Notes under the pieces: model-generated | Databases searched by the model: none | What the model saw: the letters and a program-made list of their open reading frames with translations, nothing else | Told to the model about the DNA's origin: nothing | Source of the DNA: Paraspadella gotoi | Taxonomy: Eukaryota > Animalia > Chaetognatha | Assembly: GCA_051294375.1 (NCBI GenBank) | Contig: CM119266.1 | Span: forward strand, 2,475,469-2,539,468 | DNA length: 64,000 bases | Direction: 5' to 3' | Translations under genes and position numbers: made by a program | Part shown: positions 24,389 through 40,612 of the stretch, piece after piece | Numbering within the stretch: position 1 is the first letter of the stretch | Layout: each line of letters starts with the position of its first letter

Positions 24389-27300
24389 GTAATAAAATGA
24401 CGAATTCAAAATGAAACGATTGCGATGAAAAAAGGAACAAACTTCGTTAAAAGCGAAATTCTTCGTTAGAAGCGAATTTTATTTTGAAATCGGTGCCTTT
24501 TTGTTTGTAAATCTGTTTTGTATCGAGAAAACGAACGTGAGATCGTGCGATTGTGAATTGTGAAAGCGAAGCCATCAGAGAATGAGATGAAAACGTGAAA
24601 TAAAAAAAGTCTAGAGATAAAATTGTGAAAATGTAAGAAAAAAAAGATGAAATAAAATGGTGAAAAAGTTTAAATCGTGAGATTCGCTGAGAGAAAAAAA
24701 ATCGTGAAAGTCGTGAACCCAACTCGTTTTTCATCGGAAAAGTTTTTCCAGATTTCGAAAGAGAAAAAGGTTTTTTATTTTATTTCTTTTTTTTTGTTTT
24801 GTTTTTTATCTCTTACAGCCAGAAGTTCCCATTGTAAAAACAAAAACATTCATTCGACTTTTAAATTTATAATAAATTCTAGTCTTAATTTATTTAGTTT
24901 TTCTCCACACATATAGATTTACTTACGATTTCATTTAAACTTTTGGCGGGCAATGTATTTTAGTTGTACCATTAACTCATTCTCTCTTTTCCAAAAATAT
25001 AACATTAAGCTGAAATAAAAAGTTTTAGAATAACTTTATTTCATTCTGATTTTTCCTACTTTTGTTTCTCCCGTATTTTTCTGTCAGAGATTTGATGTTT
25101 TCTTTACGATTTTTCACTGACCTCAAATCGAGTCGTTTTGTTATTCTGTTTGTTGATTGACTGACTGACTGACTGACTGACTAACAGTGACGATTGTCTC
25201 AACAAGGAACGACAATCCCACGTTGACTCGCCGCATTAACTTTCCTTTCACCTGATCGGATAACAAAGGTTTCATGTGCCAAGTATTATTCTGGATCTGT
25301 ATTAAACGAGTATTTTGTGTTTTTAACAATTTTAAAAACTGTAGGTATTTTTTCGCTCAGTGCCAGTGGCTGTTTAAATAAATTGAAGTAAAATGTCTGG
25401 AAATCCGATATCAATGAAAAAAACTGTAAAAAAACCTCAAAATTGTAAAAAAAACTTTAATAAAGTAGAAATAAACTTTTAAAAAGTCTAAAAAATATCG
25501 GTGGTGGAGAGAAAGCGTCCAGTTACGCGTCCCAGGAGACTCCAGTGGCTCGTGGATGAGAGAGGGTTGGTTNNNNNNNNNNNNNNNNNNNNNNNNNNNN
25601 NNNNNNNNNNNNNNNNNNNNNNNNNNNNNNNNNNNNNNNNNNNNNNNNNNNNNNNNNNNNNNNNNNNNNNNNNNNNNNNNNNNNNNNNNNNNNNNNNNNN
25701 NNNNNNNNNNNNNNNNNNNNNNNNNNNNNNNNNNNNNNNNNNNNNNNNNNNNNNNNNNNNNNNNNNNNNNNNNNNNNNNNNNNNNNNNNNNNNNNNNNNN
25801 NNNNNNNNNNNNNNNNNNNNNNNNNNNNNNNNNNNNNNNNNNNNCGAGAAAAAAAATGAATCAGAACTGAAAAGAAGTCTTTTTTTCAAATAATTAAGAC
25901 GGTTGTGTTAGAACGATGTTGTGGTTGTTGTGGTTTTTGTTGTTGTTGTTGTTGTCGCCATAGATTAAACCACGGATTTCTCCACTAATAACCCCGGGAT
26001 GTAATCAAGTCACTTTCAAATAATCCCCGGATGTAATTGAGTTTTCGTACATACGGTTTCATCCGCGAGCTTCATTCAGGCCTGGATGTAATAGCAATTT
26101 TGCCACGACCTTAACCTACGCATTTTCCGCGGCCCTGACCGCAGTCACCGCCGGCGCCACCGCCGCCTCCGCCGCTGCCGCCGCCGCCTTCGCCACCATC
26201 GCCGCTTTCGCCGCCGCCACGACTTCGACATCCAAAAAAAAGTGGGCTTCCTTAATCGATCTCCCGCGCATTGAATCTCACGAGATCGAAACTCTTTCGC
26301 CACTAGTTTTTTTTTCTCTTCCTCTTCCTTCTGTGATTTTTCATCCGCCTATCCTCGCTATTTACAGGATCACTGACAACGCCGCTTTCACCGCCGCCGC
26401 NNNNNNNNNNNNNNNNNNNNNNNNNNNNNNNNNNNNNNNNNNNNNNNNNNNNNNNNNNNNNNNNNNNNNNNNNNNNNNNNNNNNNNNNNNNNNNNNNNNN
26501 NNNNNNNNNNNNNNNNNNNNNNNNNNNNNNNNNNNNNNNNNNNNNNNNNNNNNNNNNNNNNNNNNNNNNNNNNNNNNNNNNNNNNNNNNNNNNNNNNNNN
26601 NTAGATAATAAAACCTTCTTCACTCTCTCTCTATCTTTCTCTCTTTAACAGTATTTTGTCCCTCTTTGATTTTAATGCAATTCACTCTCTTTTACTCTCT
26701 ATCTCTCTCTCTCTCCCGTACTCTTTTCTTCCTTCTCTCTCTCTCTCCCTCCCTCTCCCACGCTATCCTTTTTTTCCCTGCCCAAACAGATGATTCTCCA
26801 NNNNNNNNNNNNNNNNNNNNNNNNNNNNNNNNNNNNNNNNNNNNNNNNNNNNNNNNNNNNNNNNNNNNNNNNNNNNNNNNNNNNNNNNNNNNNNNNNNNN
26901 NNNNNNNNNNNNNNNNNNNNNNNNNNNNNNNNNNNNNNNNNNNNNNNNNNNNNNNNNNNNNNNNNNNNNNNNNNNNNNNNNCTCCATTTCGACGAAGACC
27001 CGAAATCAATTCACTCTCCTCTCTCTCTCTCCTTCTCTCTCTCTCTTCTCTCTCTCTCGTCGACATTTGACCGAGGAGTCCAACGGAGAACACGTTCGGT
27101 GAATCCTTTTCACGTAAACGTGATTTCCTCTTTTATGATCCCTCTTCCTCCTCCTCCTCCTCTTCCTCCTTCTCCTCCTCCTCCTCATCCTCCTCCCATT
27201 ATTCCTCCTCTTTCTCATCTCATCGATTTGCCATTTCCGAATTCAATTCCCTTTGACATTTCCTCCATTGTCCAGTGATTTTTTTGTTATTTTTCTGCTT

Positions 27301-27415
27301 CTTTTATTATTTCTCTTTTTTTCCAAATCCAAGGAAACTTCTTTTGAAGTTAAAACCCAGATTTCGTCTCCCAGATTTCCCGCCAAAACTCCCTCCCTCC
27401 GCGTCCATCTGTCCG

Positions 27416-27633
27416 AAAGGTTCGAGACCGTGTCAGAAAAGTCTTCAAAGGTTCGAGACCGTGTCAGAAAGGTCTTCAAAGGTTCGAGACCGTGTCAGAA
27501 AGGTCTTCAAAGGTTCGACACCGTGTAAGAAAGGTCTTCAAAGGTTCGACACCGTGTCAGAAAGGTCTTCAAAGGTTCGAGACCGTGTCAGAAAGGTCTT
27601 CAAAGGTTCGAGACCGTGTCAGAAAAGTCTTCA
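27416..27633 (+). repeat. 31-bp tandem minisatellite, 7 copies
   Basis: Unit is AAAGGTTCGAGACCGTGTCAGAAAGGTCTTC, with TTCGA at 27421, 27452 ... 27607. Confidence 0.97.
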
Positions 27634-27765
27634 ATAGGGCCAGTGATCTCATGGGTTTTGTGATTAAAAGTAATGTGAGATTCCGGGTAACAATCAGAAA
27701 TAAATTCCAAAGACATTTGAACTAAGTTTTCTGCTGATGAGGCACGAGGTTGACTCTGAAAATAC

Positions 27766-28009
27766 GGCCATATTTTTCAAAAGTCTCTCATTTGAACCTA
27801 AATTGATTATTAATAAAGCTCTAAGGATAACATTTAGTTCGCGATTTGGATTAGAAATTAATGAGTAAGATTAGGTTAAAGTTAGATATTACCATATTAA
27901 GATAAGGTTTAAGGTTAATGAATGGGTTAAATATTTTGTAATATATTTGGGTTAAAATTAATTTTAGGGATTCGGAACGGAAATGGGCCACTTTCGAAAA
28001 ATAATGCCG
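27766..28009. mobile_element. MITE with imperfect TIRs and a TTAAGG/TTAGG-like interior
   Basis: Ends are CGGCCATATTTTTCAAAAGT..CATTT and AAATGGGCCACTTTCGAAAAATAATGCCG. A related copy lies at 53318-53582. Confidence 0.55.
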
Positions 28010-28160
28010 AAAGTTCTCTAGACGCCGAAAAACAAGGAAATGAAATACGGCTGCGCGTGTTTCAATGAGTCATGGCATGACCTGTCAAAACAATAATAGG
28101 ATTTACCTGAGAAGATTCGAGTGTCAGCTTTAAATCCCTCTCTCTCTTTATGTCTAAAGG

Positions 28161-28221
<61 letters not shown>

Positions 28222-31200
28222 TCTGCGATGTATGTCAATGTAAAAGGAAATGTGACGTGAAAATGTAATGAACGATGTGATTTCAATAATACATAATCTT
28301 CTTAATTATTTTGATAATTATCCAAATTAATTTTTGATCGGGGGTGTGAATTGCCAATTTTAATTTAATCTCTTTGTCCGTTCGGTGATTTTCTCGAATG
28401 TGGGATATATAAACTAAAGTTTGTTTTTTTAATGTTAAGTTCATAATACGTGTATTTATCACGACTTTTAAAAAAAAATCTAGAAACGCGACAAACTTAT
28501 GTATATACTATTTATGCCTCAGGACAGAAAAAAAAATGTTTTTTTCAAATTTTATACTTTTTCTGGTTTTATTTATGTCGTTATTTCTCCATAATACTCT
28601 TTTTCTTCCTCTCTTTTTTTTCATTTGCAATTGCAATCGGGAGACTGAGGTTTTATATCAAAGAGAAGAGGATATAAAAACGGGGGGGCGAGGAAATGGG
28701 GGTTTGGGGGTTTAATAGTGGGGGGAGAACTGATGAGAAGAAAGATCTTAAGTCAGTCCTTCTTGTTCAATTCTTTCTTTTTTTTTCAATATATAATTAT
28801 ATAGATTATCGAATCTCGAAGAGAAATAATGGAAAATCTATAAAATCTTTATCGTTTGTTCTGCGCCGCTGGAAGAAAAAGAAATAATTTTCTTGGGCGA
28901 GAAAAAGAATGAGCGATTGTCAAACGGGGAAAGAAGGGAGAAATAATTGAAAAGAAATAACGCGTGATATATCGATAAATAGTCAATGGGTAAAACAAAC
29001 AAAGATAACGAAAAAAAAAAAAAATATTGACCAAAACAAAAACAAAAAGTAAGCAGCGGAAAAAGTATAGGAGAATAGTCGACAATTCTAAAAAAATCCT
29101 GAGAACTTATGAAAAATTGAAAAGAAAGAAATATTGTTTTCTTTTTGGTGATAAAAAGGCCAAAATGCCAAGAAATAAATCATTTTGATAAGAAAACAGA
29201 TCACTTTTTCGTAAAGTAGCTCACCGACATATAAAACAAATTTCAAATTGCAATTTTATGTAGAAAACGTGATCGAGATTTCGTTTTTAATTCTTAATTT
29301 AAAAAAAAATAATTCTATTTTTGTTTCTTTAATTTTCTTTCAATTATCTCTGTTTTTGTTCTCCATATTCTGCCCTTCTTTCTCCCCTCACACAATTTGC
29401 CGAATTACATCTAAATTTTTAACGAAAAAAATCTTTTGTTATAAATTCGATTTTTTTATTTCAGAGTCGAATTCGTTTCCTTATTTTCCCGGAGAAAAAA
29501 AAGGGGGGAAGAAGAAAGGTGGAGAGAGAGAGATAGAGAAAGAGGATTAGTTTAGAGATGGAGTGAATGAGAAGTGAGAAGATATGAATGATAGATGGAG
29601 AGACTGGAGACGCAACTGGGAAGCACGCACGACGACGCACGATTGGGAGGAGAGTGCGGAGATAGAGAGTGGACTGAGGAGGTAAGAAAAGATGTGGCTG
29701 TTGGAAGTCGCGTCTGTCCCAACTGACGGTTTGTTCTTTACGCTACAAATTGACATACGCGCTTTTCCTCCGCGTTTGGAGAATTAAGTCGGCCGAACTG
29801 AGAGAAAAGTGTTAGTGGATAAAGTGAATCCACTCGCGGGCCGGATGGATACATTTTATATCACAAACTGCACCCTAATAAAATTCAGTCAGAACAAAAA
29901 TACATACTTGTTTTCTAGACCTTTATCTCGCGCGCGCGAGGAGAGAGAGGATGATTGACTGCAGGATCGTTGTTACAGAAGAAAATGTGAATTGTGCTTT
30001 TTTTATTAGTTAGAGAGAGAGAGTAGAGAGATGTAGAGAATGAGATTGAGAGAGAGTTACAGAGACAGAATAGACGAAGAGATGTGTAGAATAGAAGAGG
30101 AGCTTTCGTATGTGGCGAGGGAGAGCAGAGAGCAGAGAGAAAGAGAGACCGACCGAGGAACGTTTCTCACCTCAACTCCCTAAGACCACCACACCTAACG
30201 ACACTTCACTTCCCACTATCATCTCATCATCATCATCACCACCATCATCATCATCACCTCATCACATCTCACCATCCATCACTATCATCACATCAATCTC
30301 ATATACTACTCTTAAGCACCACCTTCCACCATAACGACCCCATTCATATCCCTAATCACAATATTTTCATCATATCATTCATCACATCGCATCATCACCG
30401 CCCACATCATCACCATCATCACCGTCCGTTTCTGTCAATCAGGATTGCGCGAACCCGAGTCCCGAGTGGCGATCGAAAGCGATCGAAAGCGAGAGCCACA
30501 TGAAAAAATGACAACAGTATCGGACGAAAGCGGAAACTCAATAGGAAATAAAAAGTAATAAAATATCTGGTGTCCGTTTGGATGTTTTAAAGCAATTGGT
30601 GGTCTGTCAGTTGGTCTGTCAGTTGGTCGGTTGGTCGGTCGGTCTTGGTCAATGATAACCAAAAATGATATAGAATTTGTTTATCCTTTTTTCATCTGTC
30701 TTTATTTTTATATATTATCCGATTGTGATTTAATAATTATTGATTAATAATATAGTATTTAATAAAACTTCATAAAAAATCATTTAAATATGAACTGCAA
30801 AGCATGCATAGACATAAAATCAAGTTCTCACGCCTTCCCCCATCCTCAGTCTCATCTTCAACGCGCCACCCTGGCCGTTCGCCAATCTCAACACCTCCAA
30901 CCGAAATCACAGAACTCCCCCCCCCCATCTGCCTATAAATAAGCTCCGTCTCCTCTCTCACCATTCGATACTCGTAGATGTAGTATATGTGCCAGTATAT
31001 GTGCCAGTTTATGTGCCACTCCAATGCCTCTCCCTCTCTCCATTCNNNNNNNNNNNNNNNNNNNNNNNNNNNNNNNNNNNNNNNNNNNNNNNNNNNNNNN
31101 NNNNNNNNNNNNNNNNNNNNNNNNNNNNNNNNNNNNNNNNNNNNNNNNNNNNNNNNNNNNNNNNNNNNNNNNNNNNNNNNNNNNNNNNNNNNNNNNNNNN

Positions 31201-34200
31201 NNNNNNNNNNNNNNNNNNNNNNNNNNNNNNNNNNNNNNNNNNNNNNNNNNNNNNNNNNNNNNNNNNNNNNNNNNNNNNNNNNNNNNNNNNNNNNNNNNNN
31301 NNNNNNNNNNNNNNNNNNNNNNNNNNNNNNNNNNNNNNNNNNNNNNNNNNNNNNNNNNNNNNNNNNNNNNNNNNNNNNNNNNNNNNNNNNNNNNNNNNNN
31401 NNNNNNNNNNNNNNNNNNNNNNNNNNNNNNNNNNNNNNNNNNNNNNNNNNNNNNNNNNNNNNNNNNNNNNNNNNNNNNNNNNNNNNNNNNNNNNNNNNNN
31501 NNNNNNNNNNNNNNNNNNNNNNNNNNNNNNNNNNNNNNNNNNNNNNNNNNNNNNNNNNNNNNNNNNNNNNNNNNNNNNNNNNNNNNNNNNNNNNNNNNNN
31601 NNNNNNNNNNNNNNNNNNNNNNNNNNNNNNNNNNNNNNNNNNNNNNNNNNNNNNNNNNNNNNNNNNNNNNNNNNNNNNNNNNNNNNNNNNNNNNNNNNNN
31701 NNNNNNNNNNNNNNNNNNNNNNNNNNNNNNNNNNNNNNNNNNNNNNNNNNNNNNNNNNNNNNNNNNNNNNNNNNNNNNNNNNNNNNNNNNNNNNNNNNNN
31801 NNNNNNNNNNNNTGCTTAACGAAAACGACGACGACGACGACGCCGAGAACGACGACGACAGCGCCGACGACGACTACGACTTATCACACTAACAAATTCC
31901 ACCGTGGCTTAATGTTTATGACTCGAAAGTCTCGAGTTCGAGGGAGGGACCTTCACCTTTTCAACTCAACTTTTCGACTTTCTTTTTTTTTCTTTTTTTC
32001 ATCCCATATTTCACATTCAAACGAAAATTCGTTTATTTTTGCCTAATTTGATTTGCGTACGAAATTGTGAAATTGTGCTTGTAAAGCTGTCCAAAAAATT
32101 GGTTCACGACGGAAATTGAAAAATGGCTCATTGGTTAATTAATTTTAGTTCCGGGACCTCTTAATTTTTTGTTTCGGCAGGGAATGGCTGGGTAGAAAAT
32201 TTTTCCTGGATATAAACCGCATAATTTTGTAAAAAAATTTAAACTTATATTTTACTTCTCATGAAGTTTTATTTATTTCATAAGACATAAGACAGTAAAT
32301 TAAACTAAATACATACATACATAAAAAAATAAATACGAACGCACTCCACGAAAATAAATCGTGAAAATTAGCTGAAAATCACCTGAAAAAAAAAACTCTC
32401 ACGTAATTTGATTGTAAAATCACGCCGGTGTTTGAAGCCGTGAATTAATTGACGGGTGAAAAACAAACTGAAATAATTTGGGTCACAAGTGACGAAAATT
32501 GGTAAAAGGTTGTGACGGAAACACTGTGTCCTCGAATGAAAGGTAATTGTGACACTATTGCCTTTGGCTGAAAATTGAACGAGGGGGGGGGGAAATTTAT
32601 TTATTTAAAATTATTTTGACAAGCAGGAGTTCCGTTAAGATTATGACGCTTGTGAGGATTGTCACATTGTCACAGGCAGGGAAATGCAATCATGATATCC
32701 CATTCGCGCCGCAATTGTAATCGGCGACAGTCAATGACGCGAAGATGATAGAAAAAAAAATATTATCCTTCTGAAGGATGAATTATTTTGTGTGAAGACG
32801 ATGATGTCCCCCAGAATTTCTTAGAAATGAGATTCACACACAAAAAGTATAACTTTCGCGTTATTTAATCCCAAAATTATTTGATGATAGATTTTTTAAG
32901 TTTTTGAACGAATTTTTAATTTGAATTTTAAAATTATTATTCGTCTGTTGACAACACGACGATTACGAATTGAAAAAAAAAAAACGATTACATTTTGATT
33001 TATGTTCAACTTACGACGTCGATAACCATTTTGTTATTAATGTCGAAATAAAACCGCAGATTCGACACTCGTTAACATAACCAGTTTTATTGACAAATTA
33101 AAAAAATAAAAAAATAAAATTAGATGAGAATTTATATTCTGTTCTGTTCCTATTTTCTGGCAATTTTTCTGACAGGATAAATTTAACTGGGCGCATAAAA
33201 AGTAAATTTATAAACAAAAAGAAAAACAAATCTTCATTTAGAACTAAATTAGGGATTTTTTTAGTTGTCCCTAGATTTTTTTCGGAGATTTTAATGTCAA
33301 CAAAAGGGAAACTGGAGCAGCTTTGGTTTAATGAGGCAAATAAATAATTAATGAGACAAAGCGTGGAACAAATACAGTAAATTGGATGGATAAGGTTTCG
33401 AGTTGCTGTGTTCGTGTATTTGCTTGTGTGGAGAGAGAGAGAGAGAGAGAGAGAGAGANNNNNNNNNNNNNNNNNNNNNNNNNNNNNNNNNNNNNNNNNN
33501 NNNNNNNNNNNNNNNNNNNNNNNNNNNNNNNNNNNNNNNNNNNNNNNNNNNNNNNNNNNNNNNNNNNNNNNNNNNNNNNNNNNNNNNNNNNNNNNNNNNN
33601 NNNNNNNNNNNNNNNNNNNNNNNNNNNNNNNNNNNNNNNNNNNNNNNNNNNNNNNNNNNNNNNNNNNNNNNNNNNNNNNNNNNNNNNNNNNNNNNNNNNN
33701 NNNNNNNNNNNNNNNNNNNNNNNNNNNNNNNNNNNNNNNNNNNNNNNNNNNNNNNNNNNNNNNNNNNNNNNNNNNNNNNNNNNNNNNNNNNNNNNNNNNN
33801 NNNNNNNNNNNNNNNNNNNNNNNNNNNNNNNNNNNNNNNNNNNNNNNNNNNNNNNNNNNNNNNNNNNNNNNNNNNNNNNNNNNNNNNNNNNNNNNNNNNN
33901 NNNNNNNNNNNNNNNNNNNNNNNNNNNNNNNNNNNNNNNNNNNNNNNNNNNNNNNNNNNNNNNNNNNNNNNNNNNNNNNNNNNNNNNNNNNNNNNNNNNN
34001 NNNNNNNNNNNNNNNNNNNNNNNNNNNNNNNNNNNNNNNNNNNNNNNNNNNNNNNNNNNNNNNNNNNNNNNNNNNNNNNNNNNNNNNNNNNNNNNNNNNN
34101 NNNNNNNNNNNNNNNNNNNNNNNNNNGAGAGAGAGAAAATAAAAAATAAAATTAAAAAAAAACTCCTAAAACAAGAAATGTCCAGAGCTAAAATAAAAAA

Positions 34201-34299
34201 AGCTTTTTTTCCTCTGCGTTTGTTTTTGATGGAGACAATCAAGATAAATTTAGTTTAGCCGTGGGTTCTATTTTCTTCTTTTTTTTTTTGTTTTGTTTA

Positions 34300-34455
34300 T
34301 GTTTGTTTTTTGGCTTGGAACCGGCTTGGGGGTTTTCAGGACCCCAAGGCTTTTAACGGCAGTCGCTCATGCTTCCGCAGAGTAGGTACCATTGGGGATT
34401 CGATCCCGGTAACCTAAGGGTCATGAAGCTGATGGCATTATCAATGAGCCACGAA
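34300..34455 (-). mobile_element. tRNA-derived SINE, family A
   Basis: The reverse complement GTGGCTCATTGATAATGCCATCAGCTTCATGACCC...GGGATCGAATCCC matches the head of the 41277 copy. Confidence 0.65.
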
Positions 34456-35939
34456 AAAAGACGTCGATAGAAAAAAAAAAAAAGTGCATGTTAACGCCCC
34501 TATTGAAGGAAAACGCAACTTTCTAGGTCTTAGAGTTGCTTTAGAAGTCAATTACAATATCTATATTATTAAGCAATAAAAGAAAGAAAAAATTAATTTG
34601 TAAATTATATAAAATACCGAAATAAACTGAGTGAGAATTTGACGACAACAGTAAACAAAATTCCGATACATTTCGTGCAATTTAACTTTCAGCTCGGATT
34701 CTCTCATGAAATGGGTACCGCCCGTCGTTTGGCGCAATTCTCCCATCGACGCCGACCGTGCCATAAGACTCAGACGCGGCGCCCCGCGCCGCTCTTGCCG
34801 CCAAATGACGACCTCGCACCGGCGCTTAATTGCTGGCGCGTAGATCCGGCGCCTACGAGAAACACTTAGTGGTTGGCCCCTTTTTACAAATTACGAAAGA
34901 TTTAAAAAAAAAAGAAGGTCACGAAAATTAATAAACATTTTGACATACGTCGTACCAATGAAGTAGAAATTTTACCGAGCATTGGGCCTGTACATGGGTG
35001 TAACGTGAGCGTTATGACGATTAACTTGCTTTGATAAAGAAACTAACTTAATAAAAGAAAGCGAAATTGTTCATTTGCGCTAAAAGAAAAACATCGTGAC
35101 AATGTAAACACATTCCAGATTTAGAAAGAAAGGGGAGGCGCCTTGATCGTTTGTTTCTTTCGTCTAAAAATAAAGTTTACGTGTGACTGAATAAGGTTAA
35201 ATCAATTCCTACGAATAGGGTGTTACTTTTGTTAAAATTGTTTAAATTTAAAGGGAAACATACATATCACATACATTTAACATGAGCCGCCAGAGGCCCA
35301 TAGCCTGTCCAAGATCGGGGGCTTGTTTATTGGATGAATGAATAATTTTTGTAAATCAAATAATCGACGTAAAAGTTCACACGCTATGGTCAGCTTATTA
35401 TATATTTATATTCAGATGCAAAAATATAGAACAAAAGTTTTTGCCATGATTACAATTTAAACAGTTCATGAAAATGTTTTACTGATACATTTTAAAGATG
35501 GCGAAGCTGGGTGGGATAGTTCCTAATCTAGAAAGCCTTAGTAGTACCAATTTCATTCACAAAAAATTACAATAGCACCCACGCTCACTCTCTCACACAC
35601 AGTTCGACAAAACGGTTCGCGCCCAGACGAACACGAAAAAAAAATAAACCAAAAAAAGCGACGGGGCTCCCAGGGCGAAAGGTCACGTCTTTCGCGGTAA
35701 TTTAAATATAAATATCAAATCAATTAAGTAATTAAATTAGACGCTCTATACAAATAGAAAGTATGAAAAAACAAAAACGGGGGGGGTATGAGATTCCGAG
35801 AATGAGTTTCGTGTGGAAGATAGAGAGGAAGGGGAGGAGAAAGGGGAGGGGGGGCTTGTGAAAGGGAGAAGAACGGGGAGGAAAGAAAAGAAAAGGTGGA
35901 CAAGAGGACGGTAAGAGAGAGAGAGAGAGAGAGAGAGAG

Positions 35940-35985
<46 letters not shown>

Positions 35986-36575
35986 ATATATGAGAGATCA
36001 CAAACAGAAAAAAAATCTGTGTGAAAGCGGGTGCATTCCTTAATGAAAAGGAAGGAGTTCCGTTGCTTAAAAGCTTTTTTGCCGTATCGTCGCCGTTGTT
36101 GTCGTCGGCCCCGTGGTCGTTGTCGTTGTCGTCGTCGTGTCGTCGTCGTCCGATTCTTCCTATCTAACCTTTCTTCACAAGCCGTATGCTTTCCGTGTGA
36201 GAATTCAATATATTTCTCAAAGATTTATAATAATTAAATTGAATAGTCAGATACAAAGAAAATTAGGGCAATAAAAACGATATCCTTTAGGCTTCACGTT
36301 CCTTTCCTTTTCGCTTCGCTTTCGACCAATCAGAGCCTTTCCCTCCAAATTAGAGAGACGAAGATCGGCGGAAAGAACCAAGTTCGCCTGTTGGTATCTT
36401 AAGTCAATTTTAATACCAAAGAATTGCATTAAATTTTGATCATTTCTACCACGTATTTTATAATTAACGTAATGCCAAATTTTCGTGATTAAAACATATT
36501 GAAATGTAATAAATTTCTGTTTCCAGATTTAAAAAAAAAAAAAAATCAGCCCAGCCAGATTGGACCGAATCGACC

Positions 36576-39155
<2,580 letters not shown>

Positions 39156-39919
39156 AAGAGTAAGGGGGGGGGGTGGGGAAATTAAAGGGAATTCATGTTT
39201 TTATCGTTTTTACGCCGTTTTTTGTTCGACAATTTGTTTTACATTTTATACATTTTTTATAAAAAAATATATAATTCACTTTTACGCAAAGTTTGAAATT
39301 ATTTTCAGCTCGAACGATAAGAAGTTAAGAATATAAATGTCATTTTATTTTGACGCAAAACGTGAGTGCGTCAAATACTTCCGTGAGGTGAACGGCCCAA
39401 GAAAAATATATAAATTTTTAAATCTATAATACTAGAACTTGGTCTTAAACTCGGTTATTAATGTTTATAAATGTTATTAAATCTCCTGTCACCATGATGA
39501 TAATAATGGGATAGAAAAAGTACGTAGTAAAACAAAATAAAATCTTGGTCATAGAAACTGACGAGTCAATTGTCAATGCAAAACAAAACAAATGGTATTA
39601 ACTTGGTATTACTTTGTGATACTGATAGGAGGGTTTTTGACATGTTAAGTAGGGGACAGACCGACTGGCCAACAGCGAAGTCTCATTTAATTGGCTTTGA
39701 GTTGCTTCGCCTGCTACTAGGAAATTATTTGCTATCCCACCAGAAATATAAAGTAATGTCTAAAAAATAACTTGCTTATACGTATCTATGCGCGGGACAA
39801 AAATATCGTTCACAGAAGATTATATGAGGATTCTCAATGATAGAATAAAACGTATGTTTTCTCGATAATATTTCTCTTCGTTTTCAAGGAGACCTAAGTT
39901 AGAACAATTTTTTTACTTT

Positions 39920-40187
39920 GTTATGAAATTGGTACAACCAATATAAAAATTATCCATTCATTTAATAAATAAGCTATCTTGCCCCTGACTTTGGACAGGC
40001 TTTGGTGGTTTAAGGCCTCCATCACTCTTACAAGATAATGACATAGCAGGTCCCTGCAAGCTTTCAATCAAGACTCTCTCACAATCTCGTTTATTCACTC
40101 CCAGAGTACCTGGCTTCCCTATCAATGAAGTGGAAAATATTTCAAAGAATGTTTCAATTGTATGAAAAGACCACTCCCTTAAGTATT
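39920..40187 (-). repeat. Full-length copy of the ~270-bp dispersed element
   Basis: Reverse complement of the array unit without its ~60-bp spacer. Confidence 0.9.
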
Positions 40188-40612
40188 TTTTAAGATTTTA
40201 TTTTAACTGTTTCAATCAATAATACCAATTTTATAAACATCTACAAATTATCCCCGACTAGTCACACAATTTTGCAGAACTCGCTGTATTCATCATTTGC
40301 TCTAATTTGTATTTAAGGCATACTTATTACGTCCTTTTTACTGAAGAATCAGATAAACGAAAACCTTACCTACTTATTTAGTAATTTGAACCCATTTAAA
40401 TCGGTAAGTGCGCGTTAGAAATATCGATCTCAAAATATTACATGAGATTTCTCAGATGATAAAACAAACATACGAATTTGTCTAGTCGATATTCGTTGTC
40501 ATGGAGACAAAAACAATATTAGGAGGTGCAACTGGGGGTGTTCGCAGGATTGCACCCCCAGGAATTTTCTCACATAAAATCGCACACTATATAAAGTGTA
40601 TAATCGTGTTTC

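Noticed and set aside
27416-27633. 31-bp repeats as a CRISPR array or coding repeat (ORFs 27253-27725)
   Set aside because: There are no spacers, and the period is not a multiple of 3, so the ORFs simply cycle through frames.
27730-27765. CTGATGA...GAAA as a hammerhead ribozyme
   Set aside because: No convincing stem II or flanking stems could be paired.
29547-31045. Possible exons in this stretch (also 13200-13930 and 23400-23870)
   Set aside because: I found no recognisable protein motifs or consistent splice structure. 13200-13930 disagrees with its mirror copy, indicating low-quality sequence.
30987-34258. Long ORFs spanning N runs
   Set aside because: They are open only because of assembly gaps.
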